A DNA stretch of 64,000 bases from contig NC_092348.1 in NCBI RefSeq assembly GCF_963676685.1, positions 92,876,001 to 92,940,000 of the forward strand, in the 5' to 3' direction. Origin of the DNA: Mytilus edulis (lineage: Eukaryota). Shown here one piece after another: positions 54,301 through 64,000 of this stretch. Under the pieces are notes generated by a model, which saw only the letters and a list, made by a program, of their open reading frames with translations, ran no database searches and was not told the DNA's origin. Positions within the stretch are counted from its first letter, which is position 1. Every line of letters begins with the position of its first letter. The position numbers were made by a program, and so were the translations under genes.

Positions 54301-57300
54301 AAAATGACAATACATGTTCAGTTATGTGTAACATTCTAGACCAGGCTGTGGAATCGAATTCGTTCACAGCTCTAGAAGGTCATCGTCGTCTAGATTACAT
54401 TATACTAGTAAAAATATCAACGGACATTTGAATTACTAGTACATCATCATCAATTTAAAAAGAAGATTTCATGCGGTTAATTAAAAATGCCATTGCATTA
54501 TTAGATTTTCCTCCTAAATTTCAAAAGACTGACGAACGACTTTAAACACAGCATTTTTTTCTGGTATGTAATCCTCATTTACTTTAAAAGATTCAAGAAA
54601 AGAGACCAAGTCGTATATAACAAGAGTTATACTAAGACTAAACGTCATGGAGTGTTTGACATTTTCGTTCAGAATAAATTGACTGATGCACATGTTGAAC
54701 AATGTTTAATGAATTGTACCATATTAACTACTGCATAATCGCCCCAAAAACGCCTTAAGTAATTAAAGGTTCTAGTATGGCATCAGAAATTTTTATATCG
54801 ATTTACGGTCTGTTTCCACGATGAGTCTTTCAATGAGTATCTATATTCTGATAGTAGAGGTTATTTTTCTAAATAAGCTCAAAGGGGGGGGGGGGGGGGG
54901 TGTAAAATCGGTTCTTTTTCTGTCTATTGGATGTTTTATGTGTACTGACTGATATTTTTTTTAATTTTCAATAGTTGCCATTGACTTTGAACTAGCTGTC
55001 AGTAACTGCGAGTACCCTCAGATCTGTACTTTGTGTTTTTTGTGTTGTAAGGAATGTAAAAATACTCTGCCTCGTCCGGTTTGTGTTTTTTTTTATATCT
55101 GTTTTCTGCTTTGTAACTATCTGTAGAGTTAAGCATGTTTTATTTGATTTTAATAGTTTGTTTTTATGTTGTGCTGTAACTCTAGTGTCCCAGGTTAAGA
55201 GAGGATTCAGCACTCTCAAACATGTTTAATCTGGCCTCATTCTTAATGTGCTTGTCCCAAGTTAGGAGACTGTAGTTCAGTGGTGGACGTTGGTTCGTGT
55301 TTGTCATATTTTTTTCTTTCCTAAATTGTATTGTTATAGATTAGGCCGTTGGGTTTCTCAATTGAATTATTCATATTTTTCATGTCGGGGCCTTTTATAG
55401 TCGACTATGTGATATGAGTTTTTGTTATCGCTGAAGACCGTACGATTGACTATAAATGTGTTTATCAACTTCATTTGAACCTTGCAATATTGTAAGATAG
55501 TTGTCTCATTGGCAATTGTATTTCATCTTATTTTTATAAGAAAAGTCAACCTTAACCAAGATGAATGTGAAACAATGCTGGCAGTTATTCGGCTGAAAAA
55601 CATATGGTACATGTACTCGGGACATTTCATTCTGTAATCACGTCTAGGAAATACAATGACTTTGATCGATCTCTGCAGATCCTTATGAATATCCGGCCAC
55701 CGAAAGCATGATATTTGTCGATTATAGGTGGTCGAGTGGTCTAGCGAGCCGGGCACAGTGCAAGGCGATATAAAAGTTCCGGGATTGATAACCAAATCTG
55801 AAAGGAAAAAAAATCAAGTGAGAAAATTAGCGACATAATTTGATCTAATATCAACAGAAAAATACCAAATATACGAACTGAAATTGACTTTATTTATATT
55901 TTCAGTTGGAAGAAACACTCTTCATTTATTTATACCATCTACTACCCAATTAAAGACAGCTCTGTCATGGGTAAAGAAAGGTGGCCGTTATAGCCCTGAC
56001 GATTGCATTCCCCGTCACCATGTTGCCGTTATTGTACCATTTAGAGACAGAGACCAACACCTAAAAACATTTCTGTATAATATACACCCCTTCTTAAGGC
56101 GACAACAACTGGACTACGGGATATATATCATAGACCAGGTACGAATGATATTTTGGCATAATTTTTTTATAAGTAGATAGTTTTTTCAGTTTCCTAACAA
56201 ATATTTTCTAAAAAAATGCTTGCTTTAATTTTTATATTAATGACCTCAATACTGATTTAATAATTCAAATATCGCCAAGTTTAATTTTCCCAAATCTTGT
56301 TTTGTTCATATGATGGCATTCACTGTGAAAACCACAAAACATAACCCTTCTACTACACTGATATTCTACACAAAACGTAACCCTTCTACTACACTGATAT
56401 TCTACACAAAACATAACCCTTCTACTACACTGATATTCTACACAAAACATAACCCTTCTACTACACTGATATTCTACACAAAACATAACCCTTCTACTAC
56501 ACTGATATTCTACACAAAACATAACCCTTCTACTACACTGATATTCTACACAAAACATAACCCTTCTACTACACTGATATTCTACACAAAACGTAACCCT
56601 TCTACTACACTGATATTCTACACAAAACACAACCCTTCTACTACACTGATATTCTACACAAAACATAACCCTTCTACTACACTGATATTCTACACAAAAC
56701 ATAACCCTTCTACTACACTGATATTCTACACAAAACATAACCCTTCTACTACACTGATATTCTACACAAAACATAACCCTTCTACTACACTACATAACCC
56801 TTCTACTACACTGATATTCTATTTTTTTTTTATCTTCAGATAGGTACTTCTAAATTTAATCGTGCCATGTTGATGAACATAGGTTATGCAGAATCGATAA
56901 AAAATCACAAGTATACCTGTTTTGTATTTCACGATGTTGACCTTTTACCCGAGGATGACAGAAATTCCTACACGTGCACAACACAACCAAGACATTTGTC
57001 AGCAGCTATTGATAAATTCAGATACAGGTAAAATCACAGACGTTGAATGAAGACGATAAATTAATAGAAACAACTTCAAAAGATCGATATAGGATAAATC
57101 AATTAAATAAATCTTAATTCAAAAATTTGAAGGGTGAAGGTCAAACTGGTTGCAAGATTCATCATGTTAATGATTTGCTTTAGTTTTATAAATGAAGTTA
57201 TGGTGTGTTTTGTATTGTTACTTTGTTTTAAACGTGTTTTGTTTAATTTGTAATAAGAAGATTAAAAAGCTCAATAGAGCTTATGTTTTCTGTATTCTAA

Positions 57301-60300
57301 TATTCGTCTATAAGTAAAGATTTTAAGGTTGAAAAGTTCCTAATTATAATGTATCAGCATATAATTAACCATTGAGATGACATCTGAAGATTGGCAAAGA
57401 TCAAAGTAATCTAAACATAAATGTAAATAGACATATAAGCACGTGCAACTACGTAAATTAAAAGAATATGCAAATCGTCGTTTTGCCTGTTTAATATCTT
57501 TCTCTGAAGACCGAATCTGTCAACGTCATGGTTCTTCCTGGTTTCTCTTTTTTATAACTGAACACGCTCATCACATGAGTTATTCATCTCTATCAGAAAG
57601 TCAAAATAAAGGTTGCATGTATAAGAGTTCAAATAAGGTTGTATTATTTATTTCAAAGACATCAGCGATGTGTTTAGCTTTTTTTCTTTTTTTTTACAAA
57701 GTTGAACCAAACTGAATGCCAATAGTGAAATATTATTCCAATTTTTCGCTTTGATGAAGGTTGAAATTATTTTTGGGTCGAGCACGGCGCAGCTAACGAA
57801 AGATGTCGTTGGCCTTTGACTTTTTATTTGTTTTACAAGACCTTGAATAGTCCACTTTATAGTTCGGTTTTTGCTCTTTGACGGTAGTTTCTATAGTTGC
57901 TCACACAATTGTCATTATGGTCTTTAAATTTGACAGTTGTCTCATTTGAAATCATTGTTTTTACAGATTACCATATAAAGCTATATTTGGTGGCGCATCA
58001 GCTTTATCTAAAAGTCAACTACAGAGTGTCAATGGATTTTCCAACAAATTCTTCGGTTGGGGAGGAGAAGATGATGATATGTGGAACAGGTTAGAGCATA
58101 AAAAGAAGGAAAGGGAGAACAAAAGTAACACACAAAACAAATCACGAAATGATTATCCGTTATCACGTAGTCATTCAATGAATTTCACAAAACTTGTATT
58201 GCTATTATAAGAAAGGGCAAAGATGCTAAAACCTGAATATCAACCATACATGTTTCAATACTTGAATACTGTAAATTAAGAAATTATTGCAAGGTAAAAT
58301 AAATAATTAATGCGAATAAAATAGATATTACAAAAACAAGAACTTGCATTCGGATATCTTATAAATATATCTGTAGGCAGAGTTGTTGTTGAAGGCCGTA
58401 CGGTGACCTATAGTTGTTATAATGTCTGTGTCATTTTGGTCTTTTGTGGATAGTTGTCTCATTGGCAATCATACCACATCTTCTTTTTTATATTACTTGA
58501 AATTCCAATGAATAATCTCGTGCTCTTGTCCATTTTTCAAAAATCACAATTATATAAACAGCCAATAATTTTAATCTACAAAATTTGTAAAGGCATGCAT
58601 TAAAATATCTTAAATAAGACTTGCATGTTGTTTTGTGACGTCCTGGAATAATCAATTGATATTTTACTTTTCAGGCTTATGCACGCTAACTTCACAGTGA
58701 CAAGACATTCAAATAAAGTAGCGAGATACACAATGTTGAGACATGGCAAAGAGAAGGGTAACAAACACAATACAAAGAGGTAAAGTTTAACTGAAAATGT
58801 CAATGGCATTATTACTAGTATGCATAGGGGCCAGCTGAAGACCACCTATCCACCCACCTATAGGTGCGGGATTTTTTCGCTGCGATGGGCTGTTATCTGC
58901 TCTTTTGTCGGGTTGTTGTCTCTTTGACACATTCCCCATTTTCATTCTCAAATTTATGCAATAGATATTGTATCTTGTTTGTGATAGATTTAGTATTTTG
59001 TATTTGTACACATTTTCATTTTAATAAAAGTGAAAATAGAATTCAGCCACTTTAAAATAGAAAAGTTCATATAATATCAGACTCATACATTGGTTAATCC
59101 TAGGATATACGTTGTTTATACATTTGTTGTTACTTCTATAGATACAAACTTCTGGAAGATGGCTACAAGAGATTTAAGACAGACGGTTTAAACAGTTTGA
59201 CATATAATGTGGTCCGAATCCAGATACATCATCTTTATACAAGAATATCTGTGGACATCAATGAAAATGAAGTAATGAAGGTAAATCATTATTTTATTCC
59301 TAAATATAAAAAACGAAGATGTGGTATGACTGTCAATGAGACAACTCTCCACAAGAGACCAACATGACACAAAAATAAACAACTATAGGTCTCCGTACGG
59401 CCTTCAACAATGAACAAAGCTCATATATACCGCATAGTCAGCTATAAAAGGCCCCGAAATGACAATGTTAAACAATCCAAACGAGAAAACTAACGGCCTG
59501 ATTTATGTAACAGATGATTTCGTGCAATTATTTTGAGCATCCACAGAATAAGCTTCCACTAAAAATTGTTTAATTTCCCTGTTAATTTTGAATGCACATT
59601 ATTGTATTTTTTTTCTTTATGACACGATTTCACGTGGAACGTATATATTAACAACCGACGGCGAGTGAAAACTGAGAAGCAAGTGCGGATAATTGATGGT
59701 AATTATATTGTTGTATTGTTTTGCAAAAACTGCGTCGAGAATAATTTTAGCGCAATCATAGATGTATGGGTTTATATACATGCATATTAACGTGATTATC
59801 GAAAAACAAGCAAAAATATTATGTTCTAATGAACCATCTTTAATGTTCTTCGATGTCATTAACATTGAATGTTACAATTGAGGATGGAAATGGACAATAT
59901 GTCAAAGATGAGTCTTCAACACAGCGATTGAATACAGCACCCGGAGTTCACCCGGCTTAGCCCCTATACAGTGAAGACGTCACACTAAACTCCAAAACAT
60001 AAAATTAAACTGAAATTAAAAAAACAAAACAAAACATAAAAAAACCAAGGCCAGAGTCTCCAGACTTGGGACAGGTGCAAAAATGCGGCGTGGTTAAACA
60101 TGTTTTCTGAGATCTCAACCCTCCCTCTATACTCTAGCCAATCTAGAATAAACAAACACACGGAAATACTCATAGTTGAAATAAAGGTCAGAATGGGTAA
60201 CGGGAGAACCTGAACAAAATGACAATGATTAAATCGATCGAAAGAGTATGCCTTCAATTATTGTAAATGTTAGTATTCTCATTATTAATGACCATATGAT

Positions 60301-60338
60301 ATTATGTATTTCTGTTTTTCTCTTATATGTAGAGCTGA
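51327..60338 (+). CDS. GT7-family beta-1,4-N-acetylgalactosaminyltransferase (bre-4-like), 8 coding exons, about 376 aa
   Basis: Exons 51327-51402, 53615-53875, 55906-56138, 56840-57027, 57967-58089, 58675-58779, 59142-59280 and probably 60333-60338 (AGC TGA, followed by AATAAA at 60377 and 60400). Type II TM anchor at the N-terminus; motifs VAVIVPFRDR, FNRAMLMNIG, FHDVD, LPYKAIFGG, VNGFSNKFFGWGGEDDD, DGLNSL. The last micro-exon is less certain. Confidence 0.92.
51463..51911. mobile_element. Palindromic MITE built from TTCACGTGAA/TTCACATGAA motifs
   Basis: ta|CACAGGCAAA ... TTTGCCTGTG|ta termini and long imperfect inverted arms (CACCTCAAACGAGCTTATAC vs GTATAAGCTCGATTGAGGTG). Confidence 0.8.
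55693..55850 (+). repeat. Diverged solo relative of the 441-bp tRNA-headed unit
   Basis: GGCCACCGAAAGC...AGGTGGTCGAGTGGTCTAGCG...CAGTGCAAGGCGAT...GATCTAATAT matches the minus strand of the 5601-7011 units in motif order. Confidence 0.65.
56334..56820. repeat. Minisatellite, 36-bp unit x about 13
   Basis: CATAACCCTTCTACTACACTGATATTCTACACAAAA repeated, ending about 20 bp before the exon acceptor at 56839. Confidence 0.95.
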
Positions 60339-60604
60339 GTGCTTGTAGACCAAAGCAAACACAAATTAGTGCTTAGAATAAACAAAGAAGAGATATATCA
60401 ATAAAGTTGCTGTCGATTCTTTGAAGACTGAAAACGAAATCAGCATTCAGTTTTCTGTACAAGTAAAGCGTCTATAATTCGTCGTGTTACGATTTCACTG
60501 AGAACATATATGGATTATAGTTTATATGCAGTGTCATGATAACAAAAACGGACAATGTTTGTTTTCAATATGCGTCATTAGAGGTTATTCGATTTTCTTT
60601 GTTT

Positions 60605-60850
60605 TTAACAAACTCATCAGAGGTGCTAGAATCAAATCAACTACATCGTTGAAAAGAATCAAAATCAAAAAAATTGGAAAGATGTGCCAAATCTAGCGTT
60701 GGCTATCAATGCATGGAAATAGAATGAAAAAAACTGTAGTATTGCGATTTTTTTTTTAATTTGTAAACATTAAATAAACAGAAAATTACTGTTTAATGTA
60801 TATTCTGCACAAAATAAAAGTTCTAACTATTTTGCTGGTTTAATAAGTAT
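60605..60850 (-). mobile_element. Old degenerate retrozyme copy
   Basis: AACTCATCAG (reverse complement CTGATGAGTT), then GTTGAAAAG, GTGCCAAAT and TTTGTAAACA, collinear with the reverse complement of 63011-63250. Confidence 0.5.
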
Positions 60851-63010
60851 ACAAAACTGAGGTTTCCAAAAGAAATCATTAATAAGGACTTCCAAAACAG
60901 CTAGCAAAAGTATTCTTTAATTCTGTAAATGACATGATATTTTATTTTTAGTAAGTAATTTAATGTACGTATTTTTTTTTTATTGAATTCCTGATTTATT
61001 ACAGTCAATAGATACTACAAAGTTAACCAAAGCCCTCCAACATTGTGTTGAGTATTATTATCATTTCATTGTCAGACAAAATAATACCAAATTTTAAGCT
61101 GTAATAATAAAAAAAAATGAAAACATCACGAAGGCCAAAAACTAACTATATTTAGCTTCCTCATTAGTTTTATTCATTTTCTTCAATGGAAAGACAGCAT
61201 TTGTCATATCTAATTATCAGTAAAATACCCATCAATATCACACTTTTCGTTCTCATCTATCAATACAAAGATCTAAAGAAGTTGAACAATACTTTTTACA
61301 AATTATACACGTATGTGATAGATCTGATGACTTGTTATGTTATAAAATAGATTTCTATAACAAACTTATCGTGTCAATTTGTCGTTTTCCCGGATAATTA
61401 GTTCATTAGACTTTGTTATGAAAATGCATTTAAAAAAGATCTTAATTACTTATTCAAAGAAAGAACCTATATACTGACAAATAAGAGAGGGCTTTAACCA
61501 ACTCCTTTGACGTAATACAGTTAGTATATAGAAGTATTGATTACTATACTTTTCTTTGAATAGTCTTATTTCAAAAGCAAAGTCTTTAAGATGAGACTAA
61601 GATCAGACAAACTAATTCAAATTACCACCGAATTTAAAAGCGCATTCCAATCCAAAACTTAAATCTTTATCAGACTTAAAGCTATGCATGATTTTAAAAA
61701 TATAAATTCATTAACTGTGGTCTCCGGTGAAGCATTTTCCAAAATATTCAAAATGGTTAGTAATACAGGAAATCATTATGCTTAAGCAACAATTTTGATA
61801 TATCTACTCTTTATGGAAATAGTTTTTGGATAAAGGCAAAAGTAGTTTACAAATTTCAAATGGTATAAATTGATTAGGTAGACAAATCAATTAAGAATTT
61901 ATTGACCTTCTGAACTCCACAAAAAATCAGAACCAGGTGCGCCGACAGAGTGGGCGTCTCCCTCTATGAAATATCATCAACCTTCACATCCATCATTCTT
62001 GATTTCAATTTACAGATGAAGAGTTTGTTTGTTTAATATATTCCAGCTGTTTAATGGCCCTTAAACATCTAAAATATCTCCTGAGGCTCAATTCACACGG
62101 AGGGAAACAGTCAGATGCATGATGACACCTAGTAAAAACTGTATACTTACCAAATAACAACAAGCAAAGCACATTATGATTCGTTATATAGATTTTTACT
62201 ATGTAGAAATTAAAATCACAAATATACTGAACTCCGAGGAAAATTCCAAAAAGGAAAGTCCCTAATTAAATGGCAAAATCGAAATCTCAAACAGATTCAA
62301 ACGTACAAATAACAACTGTTATATTGCTGTCTTGGTACAGACATTTTCTTATGTAGTGTATATTTTCAAAATGAAAATCCATGTTTAGTACTTCAAGTTG
62401 TCTTTGCTTTTACAATTCACCAACACAACACGTCTAAATGCAAATTGTTGACTATGAACTCAGATGACACCACACGTCTAAATACAAATTGTTGACTATG
62501 ACGTCATCATGAATACACTTTGATCTGTTTACATTGCAACCTTTTTTAACTTGTGAAAGTACTTCAACAATAAATTTTGTTTGATTTGCATTATATTGCC
62601 AAATTATAAACCAAATCAACAGAAAACCATTACAATTAGTCATACTAATCAATAATATACGCACGAAAAGTGTTATTTGAATATTCCTTGCAAAACGAGT
62701 TATTTTATTAGGTACAGAAGTTGTCATAGAACTTGTCTTTTAATTTTATTCCTAATTGGCAGATTTAGCAAATTTGACAATTCTTTCTAAGAAACGACAG
62801 AACGACATGACCAGTCTGTGCTTAGCGGTCATTAATGACGTTTCACACATCAAAAATGATTTTACAGCCTGAACCTTTAAATTTACAGGACGTCTACAAT
62901 TTAATTTTCTGCATGTAGGCACCATTGTACTAGTGAAACTAAATAAAGGCAACAGTAGTATACCGCTGTTTGTAAGTCTTAAACTGATTGAGAGAAAACA
63001 AATCCGGGTT

Positions 63011-63313
63011 TTCACCAGCCCAGTAGTCAACACTTCGGTGTTGACAAGAATATCAATAATGTGGTCATTTTTATAAATTTCCTGTTTACAAAACTTTGAA
63101 TTTTTCGAAAAACTAAGGATTTTCTTATCCAAGGCATAGATTACTTTAGCCGTATTTGGCACAACTTTTTGGAATTTTGGATCCTCAATGCTCTTCAACT
63201 TTGTACTTGTTTGTCTTTATAAATATTTTGATTTGAGCGTCACTGATGAGTCTTATGTAGACGAAACGCGCGTCTGGCGTACTAAATTACAATCCTGGTA
63301 CCTTTGATAACTA
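63011..63313 (+). mobile_element. Non-LTR retrozyme monomer (partial unit) inserted in another repeat
   Basis: About 300 bp containing a hammerhead core. It interrupts the host repeat GAGAGAAAACAAATCCGGGTT|TTACAAACTAAAACCGAGGGAAACAC, which is seen uninterrupted at about 8780-8830 and 13998-14030. Confidence 0.85.
63237..63280 (+). ncRNA. Type I hammerhead ribozyme
   Basis: Stem I GCGTCA(63237-42)/TGGCGT(63275-80); core CTGATGA(63243-49); stem II GTCT-TATGT-AGAC; GAAA(63263-66); minimal palindromic stem III ACGCGCGT; GUC cleavage triplet with the predicted cut after 63274. Confidence 0.92.
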
Positions 63314-64000
63314 TTACAAACTAAAACCGAGGGAAACACATTAACTATAAGAGGAAAATAACGTAACAACAGAAACACTGAAGTAAATAGTCCAACAGAG
63401 CTGCAACAAATGTTTATTCTAAATGAAAAAGACTCATGTTTGACTTTGATATCCGTCTATGCAGAATCTGTCCAAAATTATTTGATCATATTTCAAAAAT
63501 TTTACGTGTGCCATTATGAGTTTATTATCGTTATAGAACTTCTGTGTCATAGATGACCACGGATACGTTCCCATTGTCGTAGCTGTTTTGTTGCCTTCAT
63601 TTCATCTATTGTGATGTCACCAACAAGAAGGCAGACCGAATTTATAAGCCGTCCAACTGTTGTTTGTCGTAACTTGTTTTTGGCAATAAATGTGTCAGTT
63701 CTCGCTTTAACTTAAGCGTTAATTGTAACTTTAGCATCATCCGTTTATTTATAGGAACAATTTAATAAGATTTAATTTACATGGAAAAAAATCAGCGAAT
63801 TTGCACGGAATTTTTCGTGGCAATCACTTATAAGCTTACCCTTTTAATAAATTGGTCACTTTCCGTTTAGAGTCAATATGATCCATTCCAATTAATTGGT
63901 TGGTATATTAATTAATATTCGAAGTAGAATGGTCGAGTTCAGAAGACTTTTCAGAGCAAACATTGTTAAGATTTGGGTTTATTCGGGTTTGTTTGATTAC

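Noticed and set aside
56265-56843. 169-aa and 177-aa repetitive ORFs
   Set aside because: They come from a 36-bp intronic minisatellite; the flanking exons splice in frame without it.
62752-63198. 148-aa minus-strand ORF
   Set aside because: It is antisense to the retrozyme and its host repeat, crosses the insertion junction and has no recognisable domain.

Overview
AT-rich, intron-rich animal genomic DNA. The interspersed repeat families (for example the very frequent AAGAAGATGTGGTATGATTGCCAATGAGACAAC repeat and a hammerhead-bearing retrozyme unit) look like those of a mytilid mussel; that assignment is an inference. Five protein-coding genes can be spliced by eye with GT-AG junctions and conserved reading frame: (1) a 2-coding-exon PI-PLC X-domain gene (+, 4927-8535); (2) an intronless, divergent SSNA1/DIP13-like coiled-coil gene (+, 11369-11812); (3) a 20-coding-exon ABCH-type half-transporter (-, 35086-17613, 707 aa); (4) an ankyrin-repeat/SOCS-box gene with one coding exon (+, 40540-41685); (5) an 8-exon GT7 beta-1,4-GalNAc-transferase (bre-4-like; +, 51327-60338). 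The rest is mobile DNA and minisatellites: decayed Penelope-like RT fragments, a non-autonomous Helitron, a Helentron/HINE-like element, and hAT-, Tc1/mariner- and Mutator-like MITEs with visible target-site duplications. The most notable RNA-level signals are an intact type I hammerhead ribozyme in a retrozyme monomer (63237-63280), a SECIS-like hairpin behind a Penelope-like ORF end (about 2609-2673), and a nearly identical 441-bp tandem array with tRNA-like Pol III heads, a perfect 138-bp tail-to-tail palindrome and (TA)n flanks inside the PLC-X intron (5529-7011). The last is the best candidate for an undescribed non-autonomous RNA-mediated element. All calls come from reading the sequence; no searches were run.
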